Positions 27,429 to 35,147 of a stretch of DNA of 64,000 nucleotides are shown here, piece by piece. Source of the stretch: an uncultured Alistipes sp. (GTDB lineage Bacteria; Bacteroidota; Bacteroidia; Bacteroidales; Rikenellaceae). Each line of letters opens with the position of its first letter. The first letter of the stretch is position 1. The notes under the pieces are model-generated. The model did no database searches, was not told the DNA's origin, and worked only from the letters and a program-made list of their open reading frames with translations. The translations under genes and the position numbers were made by a program. Location of the stretch: assembly GCA_947177225.1 (NCBI GenBank), contig CAMWTS010000007.1:2778-66777 (forward strand). Direction: 5' to 3'.

Positions 27429-27482
27429 ACGGGAGATTTCTCGGAGAACAAAAATACTCGTTATCTCCTTGAAATCTCCCGT
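27429..27482. promoter_or_regulatory. Nested stem-loop upstream of the excisionase-like gene
   Basis: acgggagatttc/gaaatctcccgt with an inner ggaga/tctcc pair. Confidence 0.5.
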
Positions 27483-27504
27483 AAATATCTTTTTGGGGCG
27501 GTTG

Positions 27505-28227
27505 TCAGCGGTCGTGCTCGGCCATATATTGGGGAATATCCGTTATGTTGGAAATGATGAATTGCCGTGTCTGCGGGGAGTAGAGTTTCCCTTTGATATA
27601 AGAATCTTCCAACTCGGCAAGCGGAACAAATGCGGATTTCAGCCACGGCACTACCTCCTGTTTCGGTCGTCCGAAATAGTGTGCCATGTTCCATCCGAAA
27701 TGGAATAGATCGGCATTTTTCAACTTTTGCGGACGGATAGTTGGAAGTTCCGTCCCTTCGGATTCCTGCAACGCATAATACTCGATGTAGCGATCGAGCC
27801 GCACAAGTTCATCGGAAGTGACGTAAGGGCCTACCTCTCTATGCGCATAACGTCGAAACAATTCGATCTGTTTTTTCTGTCGTTCGATGAATCGTTTGTC
27901 AGCTTCCTGTTTGATATGCTCGATGTCTTTCTCTGAAATATTGTCGGCAGGTTCGATGATTCCCGACTCAGCGGTTGGCAGATTTTTTCCGGCAATCTTC
28001 GGGAAAATCTTGTCGGCCACAAAATCCGCCACGCTGGAAAATGCCGCCATGACGGTCAGATAGAATATCATGCAGATACCCATCACGATTATGAAAACGA
28101 GATTCGCTGTGCCTGTATCCGCGCCTTTCGCCAAGATTACCAATCGCGCAACCATAGACACGAGCAACCCGACGACAACGACTATCGCCAGTAGAATCAC
28201 ATAACTGTTAATCTTGCGGAAATCCAT
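27505..28227 (-). CDS. Membrane-anchored hypothetical protein typical of NBU/CTn-like elements
   Basis: Two N-terminal hydrophobic helices, C-terminal LFHFGWNMAHYFG motif; lies between integrase and excisionase. Confidence 0.7.
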   Translation of the reverse strand: MDFRKINSYVILLAIVVVVGLLVSMVARLVILAKGADTGTANLVFIIVMGICMIFYLTVMAAFSSVADFVADKIFPKIAGKNLPTAESGIIEPADNISEKDIEHIKQEADKRFIERQKKQIELFRRYAHREVGPYVTSDELVRLDRYIEYYALQESEGTELPTIRPQKLKNADLFHFGWNMAHYFGRPKQEVVPWLKSAFVPLAELEDSYIKGKLYSPQTRQFIISNITDIPQYMAEHDR

Positions 28228-28231
28228 CTCG

Positions 28232-29038
28232 CTATTTCAGTAGTTTTCTTTCGTCTCCGCTCTCCAATACCTGCATCTGCTGAATGGCTATTCGATTGAG
28301 CTTAACAAGCCGTTCACTCTGCGGCATCTTTTGATCGATGAATACGGCATTGAGATTCTCCATGTTGGACAAACAAATCAACTCGTTGATGGTGGCATAA
28401 TCGCGGATATTGCCTTTCAGATCGGGATTCTGTTCACGCCACATCTTCGCGGTTCTGCCGAACATGGCAACGTTCAGCACGTCGGCTTCATTGGCATAGA
28501 TGATGCTTGCCTGCTTCGCGGTCACTTCGGCGGGAATCAGGTTCTGTTTGATAGCGTCGGTATGAATGCGGTAATTGATCTTGGACAGTTCGCGTTTGGC
28601 ACTCCAGCCGAGCTGCTTCTGCTCCTCTTCCTTTAACCGCTGGAATTCCTTGACTATATACAACTCGAACTCTACGGAAATCCAGCTCGCAAACTTGAAC
28701 GCAATATCCTTGTGGGCATAGGTTCCGCCATAACGCCCCGATTTGGAAACAATGCCGATTGCGTTCGTCGTATTGATCCATTTCTGCGGCGACAAGGTAA
28801 AGGCATTCAGCCCGGCTTCCTTTCTAAACCCCTCGAATTCGAGGGGTTTGAAATCCGAATTATACAAACTCTCCCAAATTCCGAGATACTCGATTGTATT
28901 CCGGTTGCGCAACCAGTTGCCGATCACTGCATTCGGTTCGTCGCTCTTGTATCGAGCTATATCCGTCAGGCAGATATAGTCGTTCGTATTGACCGATATA
29001 ATCGTAACGTTCGTGTCTTTTACCGTAATCTTTGCCAT
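28232..29038 (-). CDS. KilA-N domain DNA-binding protein
   Basis: DYICLTDIAR...NWLRNRNTIEYLGIWE...SKSGRYGGTYAHKDIAFKFASWIS. Confidence 0.9.
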   Translation of the reverse strand: MAKITVKDTNVTIISVNTNDYICLTDIARYKSDEPNAVIGNWLRNRNTIEYLGIWESLYNSDFKPLEFEGFRKEAGLNAFTLSPQKWINTTNAIGIVSKSGRYGGTYAHKDIAFKFASWISVEFELYIVKEFQRLKEEEQKQLGWSAKRELSKINYRIHTDAIKQNLIPAEVTAKQASIIYANEADVLNVAMFGRTAKMWREQNPDLKGNIRDYATINELICLSNMENLNAVFIDQKMPQSERLVKLNRIAIQQMQVLESGDERKLLK

Positions 29039-29106
29039 ATTCGTATTGTCTTAATTGCAAATATACATTAACATTTTGATTTTTAGAAATTATCGAGCGT
29101 TCATCT

Positions 29107-30507
29107 CTATTCCAGAAATCCGATCATCTCGCGCTTCATATCGTCGTCGATATTTCGGTAACGGGCGAAAGCCCGGCTTCCCTCTTTATGACCGCTTAAT
29201 GCACCGACCATATTCGGGTCTTTGACCTTTTTATAGATGTTGCCGATGAACGTGCGGCGCGCCATATGCGACGATGCCACCTCGCATATCGGTTTTTGCA
29301 CCTCCTCCCGTGTCCGCTGGTCCGGTACGGTAATGATCCGGTTCAGTCCGGCGAGCCGAAAAGCCTCTTTGATCTTGCGATTGTAATGTTGTTCTGTCGA
29401 AAACGGGAAAAGGCTTTCGCGCCCTTCCTCGCGGTATTTGTCGATCAGTGCAATAGCCGTTTGGCTTAACGGGACACGGATGGTTATCGGGCGATCTTCT
29501 TTCGTCTTTCTTTGGATATATTCGATCGAATCGCCAATGATATTCCGATAGGTCATTTTGAACAAATCGCTGACGCGACACCCTATGAAGCAGTGAAAGA
29601 TGAAAATATCCCGCTGTATTTCGACTTCCGTATTGTTGGATAAATCGGCCTCGAACAGTTTGGTTCTCTCTTCATTGGTAATGTAGATCGGGGTTCCGTA
29701 AACGATTTCGCCGATGGTAAAATGTTTGAACGGATTGTTCGTCGTATGTCCGTTGTCGATAGCCCATAGGACAAACGCCCGGAAACGGGTCAGCATATCG
29801 GCAACCGTATTCAGCCCTCGCAATTTGGGCATACCTTTCGGAATCTCGTTGCCATCATCGTCCAATACAGGAGGACGTTTTCGTGTCGGAGTTTTGACTG
29901 CGACTTTCGCGGAATAGGGATATTGTTCGTATATCTCAGGATGGCTCAGAAATACAGATTGTTCATCGAACAGGAATGTCTCAATTTGTCCTAGTAACTG
30001 CGATGTAAGGGTTGTGAACGAAAGCGCGAACCCTCGGCTCTCCTCCACCTGCTTGTATAGCTCGAAACGGTGTAGGCAGCGTACCAGCACCCGAAAGTTT
30101 TTCAATCGATTTTCGGACAACTTGTGGGTGGCAAGGTAAATATCTATTACGTCGAAAAAGGACTTTTCGTGTTCTTTCTTCGCTTTGGTCGGTTTGTGGA
30201 ACCGCTTGACGACACCTTGCATATATTCGCGCGTTATGACAGATTTGTCCAATGCGGTATTGATTTCCTGCTCCAGTAGGTCGGTCAAGGCTTTGAGTCT
30301 GGAACGCTTCTCCAAAAGCTGGCCGCGCTCCTCGCCTTGAATCAGCGGAATGTTGATATCGTTCTTTTTGCCCCAGCGTTTGCGGTCAATCCATATTCCA
30401 GAACCGATACGCAAACGGATATCACGCGAAACATAAAGCCGCAGGTTGATTTCCGATTCTCCCGCGCTGTTGGTCGTCCTACCGATGTAGTAGTTCGTCT
30501 GTGCCAT
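29107..30507 (-). CDS. Tyrosine integrase, NBU IntN-like
   Basis: GCRVSD (R), RKTK (K), SHMARR (HxxR), SGHK (H) and ARYR (Y) catalytic motifs; N-terminal arm-binding region. Start at 30507 fits the promoter box at 30526-30533. Confidence 0.93.
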   Translation of the reverse strand: MAQTNYYIGRTTNSAGESEINLRLYVSRDIRLRIGSGIWIDRKRWGKKNDINIPLIQGEERGQLLEKRSRLKALTDLLEQEINTALDKSVITREYMQGVVKRFHKPTKAKKEHEKSFFDVIDIYLATHKLSENRLKNFRVLVRCLHRFELYKQVEESRGFALSFTTLTSQLLGQIETFLFDEQSVFLSHPEIYEQYPYSAKVAVKTPTRKRPPVLDDDGNEIPKGMPKLRGLNTVADMLTRFRAFVLWAIDNGHTTNNPFKHFTIGEIVYGTPIYITNEERTKLFEADLSNNTEVEIQRDIFIFHCFIGCRVSDLFKMTYRNIIGDSIEYIQRKTKEDRPITIRVPLSQTAIALIDKYREEGRESLFPFSTEQHYNRKIKEAFRLAGLNRIITVPDQRTREEVQKPICEVASSHMARRTFIGNIYKKVKDPNMVGALSGHKEGSRAFARYRNIDDDMKREMIGFLE

Positions 30508-30525
30508 ACCTCGATTTCTTTGTTT

Positions 30526-30533
30526 CAAAGGTA
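30526..30533 (-). promoter_or_regulatory. -7 promoter box for the integrase
   Basis: Minus-strand TACCTTTG. Confidence 0.65.
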
Positions 30534-30561
30534 TGTAAATTCACGAATACACGCAACTTTT

Positions 30562-30584
30562 TGTGTCCGCAATTTGTCCGCATT
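30562..30584 (+). repeat. 23-bp direct repeat, right copy (putative arm-type site)
   Basis: Identical to 13763-13785. Confidence 0.8.
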
Positions 30585-30709
30585 TTCAGAAAACTGCGAA
30601 AATTCCATTCTTGCCAGCCCCAATAAATACAATTGCTATATATTGATATATAAACTATTATGGTTTATTTTCGATTTATAGTGTTTGCGTGGTTTTTGGC
30701 TTTTCAATA

Positions 30710-30723
30710 CCGGCTCCGGGTAC
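30710..30723 (+). repeat. attR core
   Basis: ccggctccgggtac; one T-to-C difference from the tRNA copy. Confidence 0.85.
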
Positions 30724-30725
30724 AG

Positions 30726-30755
30726 ATCGGGAAACAGAATGCTCTGTTTCCCGAT
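30726..30755 (+). terminator. Probable original tRNA-Leu terminator, displaced by integration
   Basis: 13-bp inverted repeat atcgggaaacaga/tctgtttcccgat followed by a T-tract, 2 nt after attR. Confidence 0.75.
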
Positions 30756-30833
30756 TTTCTTTTTGTTGCTGTTGAAGACGGTATGGAGCGCGCCGCAGGG
30801 TTTAAATCCTTATGCGGGCTTGATTTCGGGACG

Positions 30834-31580
30834 CTACTGTTCGCCCGTGCGATTGTAGATGAAGCGTGCCAGGCCGTAGACGTAACGGCGGAAGCCCGGA
30901 CGATAGGCCAGAAGGCGGCGGAACCACTCCATATGGCGGGAGAGGGTTTGTACGACGACTCCCACGTAGATCATGGCGAAGAGTGTGCCGACGCCGATTA
31001 TATGCCACTGCCATGACCCGAAAAAGGCGTAGCAGGCGATAACGCCCAGCAATACCAGCGATATGTCGACGCATATTTTTACTTTCGGGAAAGCTATGCC
31101 CGTCACGCGGCTGACTGCAACGGGAAATCCCTCGCCGGGCATGGTAACGCTGCCGCAGCACACCTCCAATGCGATGCCTGCACCGAGAATCGTACAGCCG
31201 GCCACCTGTGCGGCGATCTGCTGCCATAGAGCTTCGGGGACGAGCCACGAGGTGAGTTGCATGTTGACATCGATCAGAGCTCCGAAAAAGAAGCCTATGA
31301 CGAGCTGGAACAGCTGCACCCACTCGAAACGGCGGCGCAACACGGCGATCTGCCCGAAGACGAGTATGAAATTCATTATATAGGTGTATTGCCCTATGCT
31401 CAGAGCCGGTACCATCGACTCGCGGCCGGCACTCTCGAAGACGTAGGGGAGTACGCTTATGACGCTCGAACCCAGCATCGACCGCACGCAAACGGCGACG
31501 CCGACTGTCATTACGAACAACGAAAAAAGCAGCAGCAGATGCTGCCAGCAAAACGGGATAATCTTATCTTTCATCTTCAC
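30834..31580 (-). CDS. YczE/YyaS/YitT family membrane protein
   Basis: Multiple TM helices; LGSSVISVLPY, SIGQYT, QLVIGFFFGALID, GVGTLF. Confidence 0.85.
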   Translation of the reverse strand: MKMKDKIIPFCWQHLLLLFSLFVMTVGVAVCVRSMLGSSVISVLPYVFESAGRESMVPALSIGQYTYIMNFILVFGQIAVLRRRFEWVQLFQLVIGFFFGALIDVNMQLTSWLVPEALWQQIAAQVAGCTILGAGIALEVCCGSVTMPGEGFPVAVSRVTGIAFPKVKICVDISLVLLGVIACYAFFGSWQWHIIGVGTLFAMIYVGVVVQTLSRHMEWFRRLLAYRPGFRRYVYGLARFIYNRTGEQ

Positions 31581-31604
31581 TGCACTCTGTTTGGCGCAGC
31601 AAAT

Positions 31605-33422
31605 TTACGAAAAATATTCGATGATTGCGCGCGCCTTGGCAGCACCGACCACCTCGGCGAGCTGCTGCTCGGAGGCTGCGCGTACGGCCGACAGCGTTCG
31701 GAAATGGCGCATGAGTGCCGTCACGCTCTTTTCGCCGATGCCCGGAATATGACTCAGCTCGCTGTCGATGAATGCTTTGCTGCGTTTCTGGCGGTGGAAG
31801 GTGATGCCGAAACGGTGTGCTTCGTCGCGTATGTGGCACACGACCTTCAACGGTTCGCCCGTGCGGCTGAGATAGTAGGGCATGGGGTCGTCGGGGAAGA
31901 ATATCTCCTCGATGCGCTTTGCCAGACCCACGATCGGCACGCGGCCGGCGATACCCAGTTCGCACAACACGCCGTATGCGCTCGACAGTTGTCCCTTGCC
32001 GCCGTCGACGATTATCAGATCGGGCAGCTCGGCACCCTCGTCGAGCAGGCGCGAATAGCGGCGGCGCACAATCTCGCGCATCGAGGCGAAGTCGTCGATG
32101 CCGACCACCTCCTTGATGTTGAAGTGCCGATACTCCTTGCGGGACGGCTTGCCGTCGCGGAATACGACGCACGATGCCACTGGGTTGGTGCCTTGCAGGT
32201 TGGAGTTGTCGAAACACTCTATGTGCCGCGGCTGATGCGACAGATGCAGCTCCTTCTGCATGGCGTTCATCAGACGTTCGGTGTGCCGTTCCGGATTTTT
32301 GATTTCGAGATTCTTCATCGCCTCGGCACGATATATACGCGCGCTTTTCAGCGAGAATTCGAGCAGTTCCGCCTTTTCGCCGCGCTTGGGTATGGTGAAG
32401 GTCACGCCGTCGAAGAGCAGTGCCGCCGTCGGCATCACGGGTACTATTACCTCGCGCGACAGCTCGCCGGCGATGGTCTCGACGATATGGCTTATGGCGG
32501 CCGAGAGCAGATCCTCGTCGGCGGTATCCACACCGGTCGACATGCGCACCGTCTGCACGGCCACTATCGAGCCGTGACGCAGGCGCAGGAAATTGCAGTA
32601 GGCCACGTCGTCGTCGACAAGCAGCGAGAATACGTCGCAGTCGACTATGCGGGCGCTGACTATAACCGAGCGGGACTGATAGTTGTCGAGTGCCGCAAGC
32701 CGCGACTTGCAGCGCTGTGCGGCTTCGAACCGAAGCTCTTCGGCTGCCCGCATCATCTCCTGCTCGATGTGTCGGCGTACGGGGCGCAGGTCGCCTTTGA
32801 GTATCGATTGCACCAGCGATATGCTCTGGGCATACTCCTGCTCGCTCTGCGCTCCGATGCACGGAGCCTTGCAATTGCCGAGATGATATTGCAGACAGAC
32901 GCTGTAACGTCCGCGCGCGATGGCCGATGGCGATAGGTTGAGCTTGCACGTGCGCAGCGGTATCACCTCGCGTATGAATTCGAGCAGTGCGTGCTGGGCA
33001 GATATCGATCCGTATGGGCCGTAATATTGAGAGCCGTCGCGCACCAGCCGCCGTGTCGATTGCACGCGAGGAAACGGCTCTTTGCGAACAACGATCCACG
33101 GATATGTCTTGTCGTCTTTGAGGAGTATGTTGTAGCGTGGTTGCAGACTCTTGATAAGCGAGTTTTCGAGCAGCAGCGCGTCCTGCTCCGATCCTACCAC
33201 TATGTGGCGTATCTCGACTATTTGTTTGACCATCACGCGCACCTTGGCCGAATGGTCGCGGCTCTGCACGAAGTATGACGATACGCGGCGGCGCAGCGAT
33301 TTGGCCTTGCCCACGTAGATGATCGTGCCGTTCTTGTCGACGAACTGGTAGACGCCGGGCGAGAGCGGCAGCATCTCCACCTGCCGTTTGAGCGATTGCA
33401 ATATGTCGTCCGAATGGTTCAT
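31605..33422 (-). CDS. uvrC: Excinuclease ABC subunit C
   Basis: PGVYQF...IYVGKAKSLRRRVSSYF GIY-YIG domain, HIECFDNS, PDLIIVDGGKGQL, C-terminal HhH. ATG at 33422. Confidence 0.96.
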   Translation of the reverse strand: MNHSDDILQSLKRQVEMLPLSPGVYQFVDKNGTIIYVGKAKSLRRRVSSYFVQSRDHSAKVRVMVKQIVEIRHIVVGSEQDALLLENSLIKSLQPRYNILLKDDKTYPWIVVRKEPFPRVQSTRRLVRDGSQYYGPYGSISAQHALLEFIREVIPLRTCKLNLSPSAIARGRYSVCLQYHLGNCKAPCIGAQSEQEYAQSISLVQSILKGDLRPVRRHIEQEMMRAAEELRFEAAQRCKSRLAALDNYQSRSVIVSARIVDCDVFSLLVDDDVAYCNFLRLRHGSIVAVQTVRMSTGVDTADEDLLSAAISHIVETIAGELSREVIVPVMPTAALLFDGVTFTIPKRGEKAELLEFSLKSARIYRAEAMKNLEIKNPERHTERLMNAMQKELHLSHQPRHIECFDNSNLQGTNPVASCVVFRDGKPSRKEYRHFNIKEVVGIDDFASMREIVRRRYSRLLDEGAELPDLIIVDGGKGQLSSAYGVLCELGIAGRVPIVGLAKRIEEIFFPDDPMPYYLSRTGEPLKVVCHIRDEAHRFGITFHRQKRSKAFIDSELSHIPGIGEKSVTALMRHFRTLSAVRAASEQQLAEVVGAAKARAIIEYFS

Positions 33423-33567
33423 CACCACAAAGATACAGCAAAAAAGGCGACAATATATCCTCCGTGTCGAACTATTGTTGGATACGGGGTAGATAAATGA
33501 TGCAAGTTGCGGTATATTTATAAAATAATTATTACTTTTGCCGGAAACTATAATCTGTTATCGTTCA

Positions 33568-34944
33568 ATGAAGAAACTTCTCGTCTCGTTCTTTTCGGTC
33601 ATATCCGTTCTCGGTGTTTCGGCTCAGGATATGACAGCCTATTTCGTCGAGGGATCGACATTCCGTTCGCAGCTCAATCCTGCATTGGCACCTCTGAAAG
33701 GATATATCAATATTCCGCTTGTCGGAAGCATTCAGGCCGGAGTCAACGGCAATATTCCGATAGGCGCACTGCTGTTCGACAACGGCGGCAGTCTGACCCC
33801 GTTTACCGATAGCGGAATATCGGCCGAGGCCGTGCTCGGACGGCTCTCTGCCAACAACGATCTTAACATCGGCAGCCGCATAGGATTGATCGGATTAGGT
33901 AGATATACGAGCAAGGGGCATTCGTTCTGGTCGTTCGATCTCGCGCTCAACATCGATGCCGAGATCAATGCTCCGCGCGAGCTGTTTTCGTTCTTGAAAG
34001 GCGGTGAGGCAGCAGACATACGCGATTTGCATGTGTCGCTGAAAAGCTATGCTGATGTCTCGTTCAACTACTCGTTCCGTGTGGCTCCGTGCCTGTATCT
34101 GGGCTTGCGTGCCAAGTTCGTCTCAGGCCTGCTGGGAGCCGATTTCGCGCTCGACCGCTTCGATGTGTCTGTCGGTTCCGAGCGTTGGTATGCCGACGTT
34201 GCCGGCAGTATCGAGATGAACGGCATCAGCGAGGAGCTGCAACCGGGCGATTGCATATACCTGGACGAGCTGACCGATTATATCGATCTGTCGAGCCTTG
34301 CCCGTCCGGCAGGTTACGGCGGTGCGATCGATATCGGCGCCACCTACGATCTCACCGGCTGGCTGCAACTCTCGGCTTCGGTCAACGATCTGGGCTTTGT
34401 CAAGTGGGGCAACGGCAGCACGCGCCGGTTCACGTTCGAGCAGAGCGTGTCGTCCGACGACATATCCATTGTCGACGGCAAGATCGAGTATCCCGAAGAT
34501 ATAAACTTTGATGGCGTGCAACTGAATGTCGTCGAGGGTTCGGGTTCGACGCAGCGTCTGACCACACGCATCAACGTCGGTGCGGATTTCGAACTGCTCG
34601 ACCACCGCTTGGGCTTCGGTGTGCTGTATAATGCCCGTATATGTCCCAACAAGACCTATCACACGCTGATGGGATCGGTCAACATTCACCCGCTGCGCTG
34701 GATAGGACTTACGGCGGCATATTCGGTTATCGACAACAAGGCGGGAGCAGTGTCGTTTGCTCTGAACATATGTCCGAGCTGGATCAACCTCTATGTGGCC
34801 ACCGACGTTTTGCTCGGCAGTCATGTAGGATATATGATTCCCGATCGCGGCTCCAAGGCCAATGTCACATTCGGCCTGGCTATTCCCATGGGACGCTGGG
34901 GCGCACGACGATTCAACACTCACCGCTCGCGCGGATATTTGTAA
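33568..34944 (+). CDS. DUF5723 family outer-membrane protein
   Basis: Signal peptide; FRSQLNPALAP, GGAIDIGATY, SASVNDLGFVKW; beta-barrel-like alternation. Start MKKLL at 33568. Confidence 0.8.
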   Translation: MKKLLVSFFSVISVLGVSAQDMTAYFVEGSTFRSQLNPALAPLKGYINIPLVGSIQAGVNGNIPIGALLFDNGGSLTPFTDSGISAEAVLGRLSANNDLNIGSRIGLIGLGRYTSKGHSFWSFDLALNIDAEINAPRELFSFLKGGEAADIRDLHVSLKSYADVSFNYSFRVAPCLYLGLRAKFVSGLLGADFALDRFDVSVGSERWYADVAGSIEMNGISEELQPGDCIYLDELTDYIDLSSLARPAGYGGAIDIGATYDLTGWLQLSASVNDLGFVKWGNGSTRRFTFEQSVSSDDISIVDGKIEYPEDINFDGVQLNVVEGSGSTQRLTTRINVGADFELLDHRLGFGVLYNARICPNKTYHTLMGSVNIHPLRWIGLTAAYSVIDNKAGAVSFALNICPSWINLYVATDVLLGSHVGYMIPDRGSKANVTFGLAIPMGRWGARRFNTHRSRGYL

Positions 34945-35147
34945 TGATGTCGCACTGGGCACGCACTCCTGATCGCCGGATCGGGACGTAGTGTTTGCGT
35001 GTGCCGGTCTGTGCCGCGATCGATTTTTTTTCGGGCGGAGGATATTGCGAATAAGATTTTTTTGACTACTTTTGCCCGTCCGCCGATTCTGCCGGACGGG
35101 CAAATTTTGTTGTATAGAGCATAAATAGCTCTCCTAAATTATTATTT

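Larger units (their letters stand above)
13692..30723 (-). mobile_element. NBU1-like mobilisable integrative element (~17 kb) carrying a type I restriction-modification system
   Basis: 14-bp direct repeat ccggctc(t/c)gggtac at 13692-13705 (tRNA 3' end) and 30710-30723. Integrase, HTH, primase-helicase, Toprim, oriT and MobV relaxase all lie on the minus strand. Confidence 0.9.

Noticed and set aside
31257-33453. 559-aa and 629-aa ORFs overlapping uvrC
   Set aside because: Antisense or alternative-frame shadows of an unambiguous uvrC.
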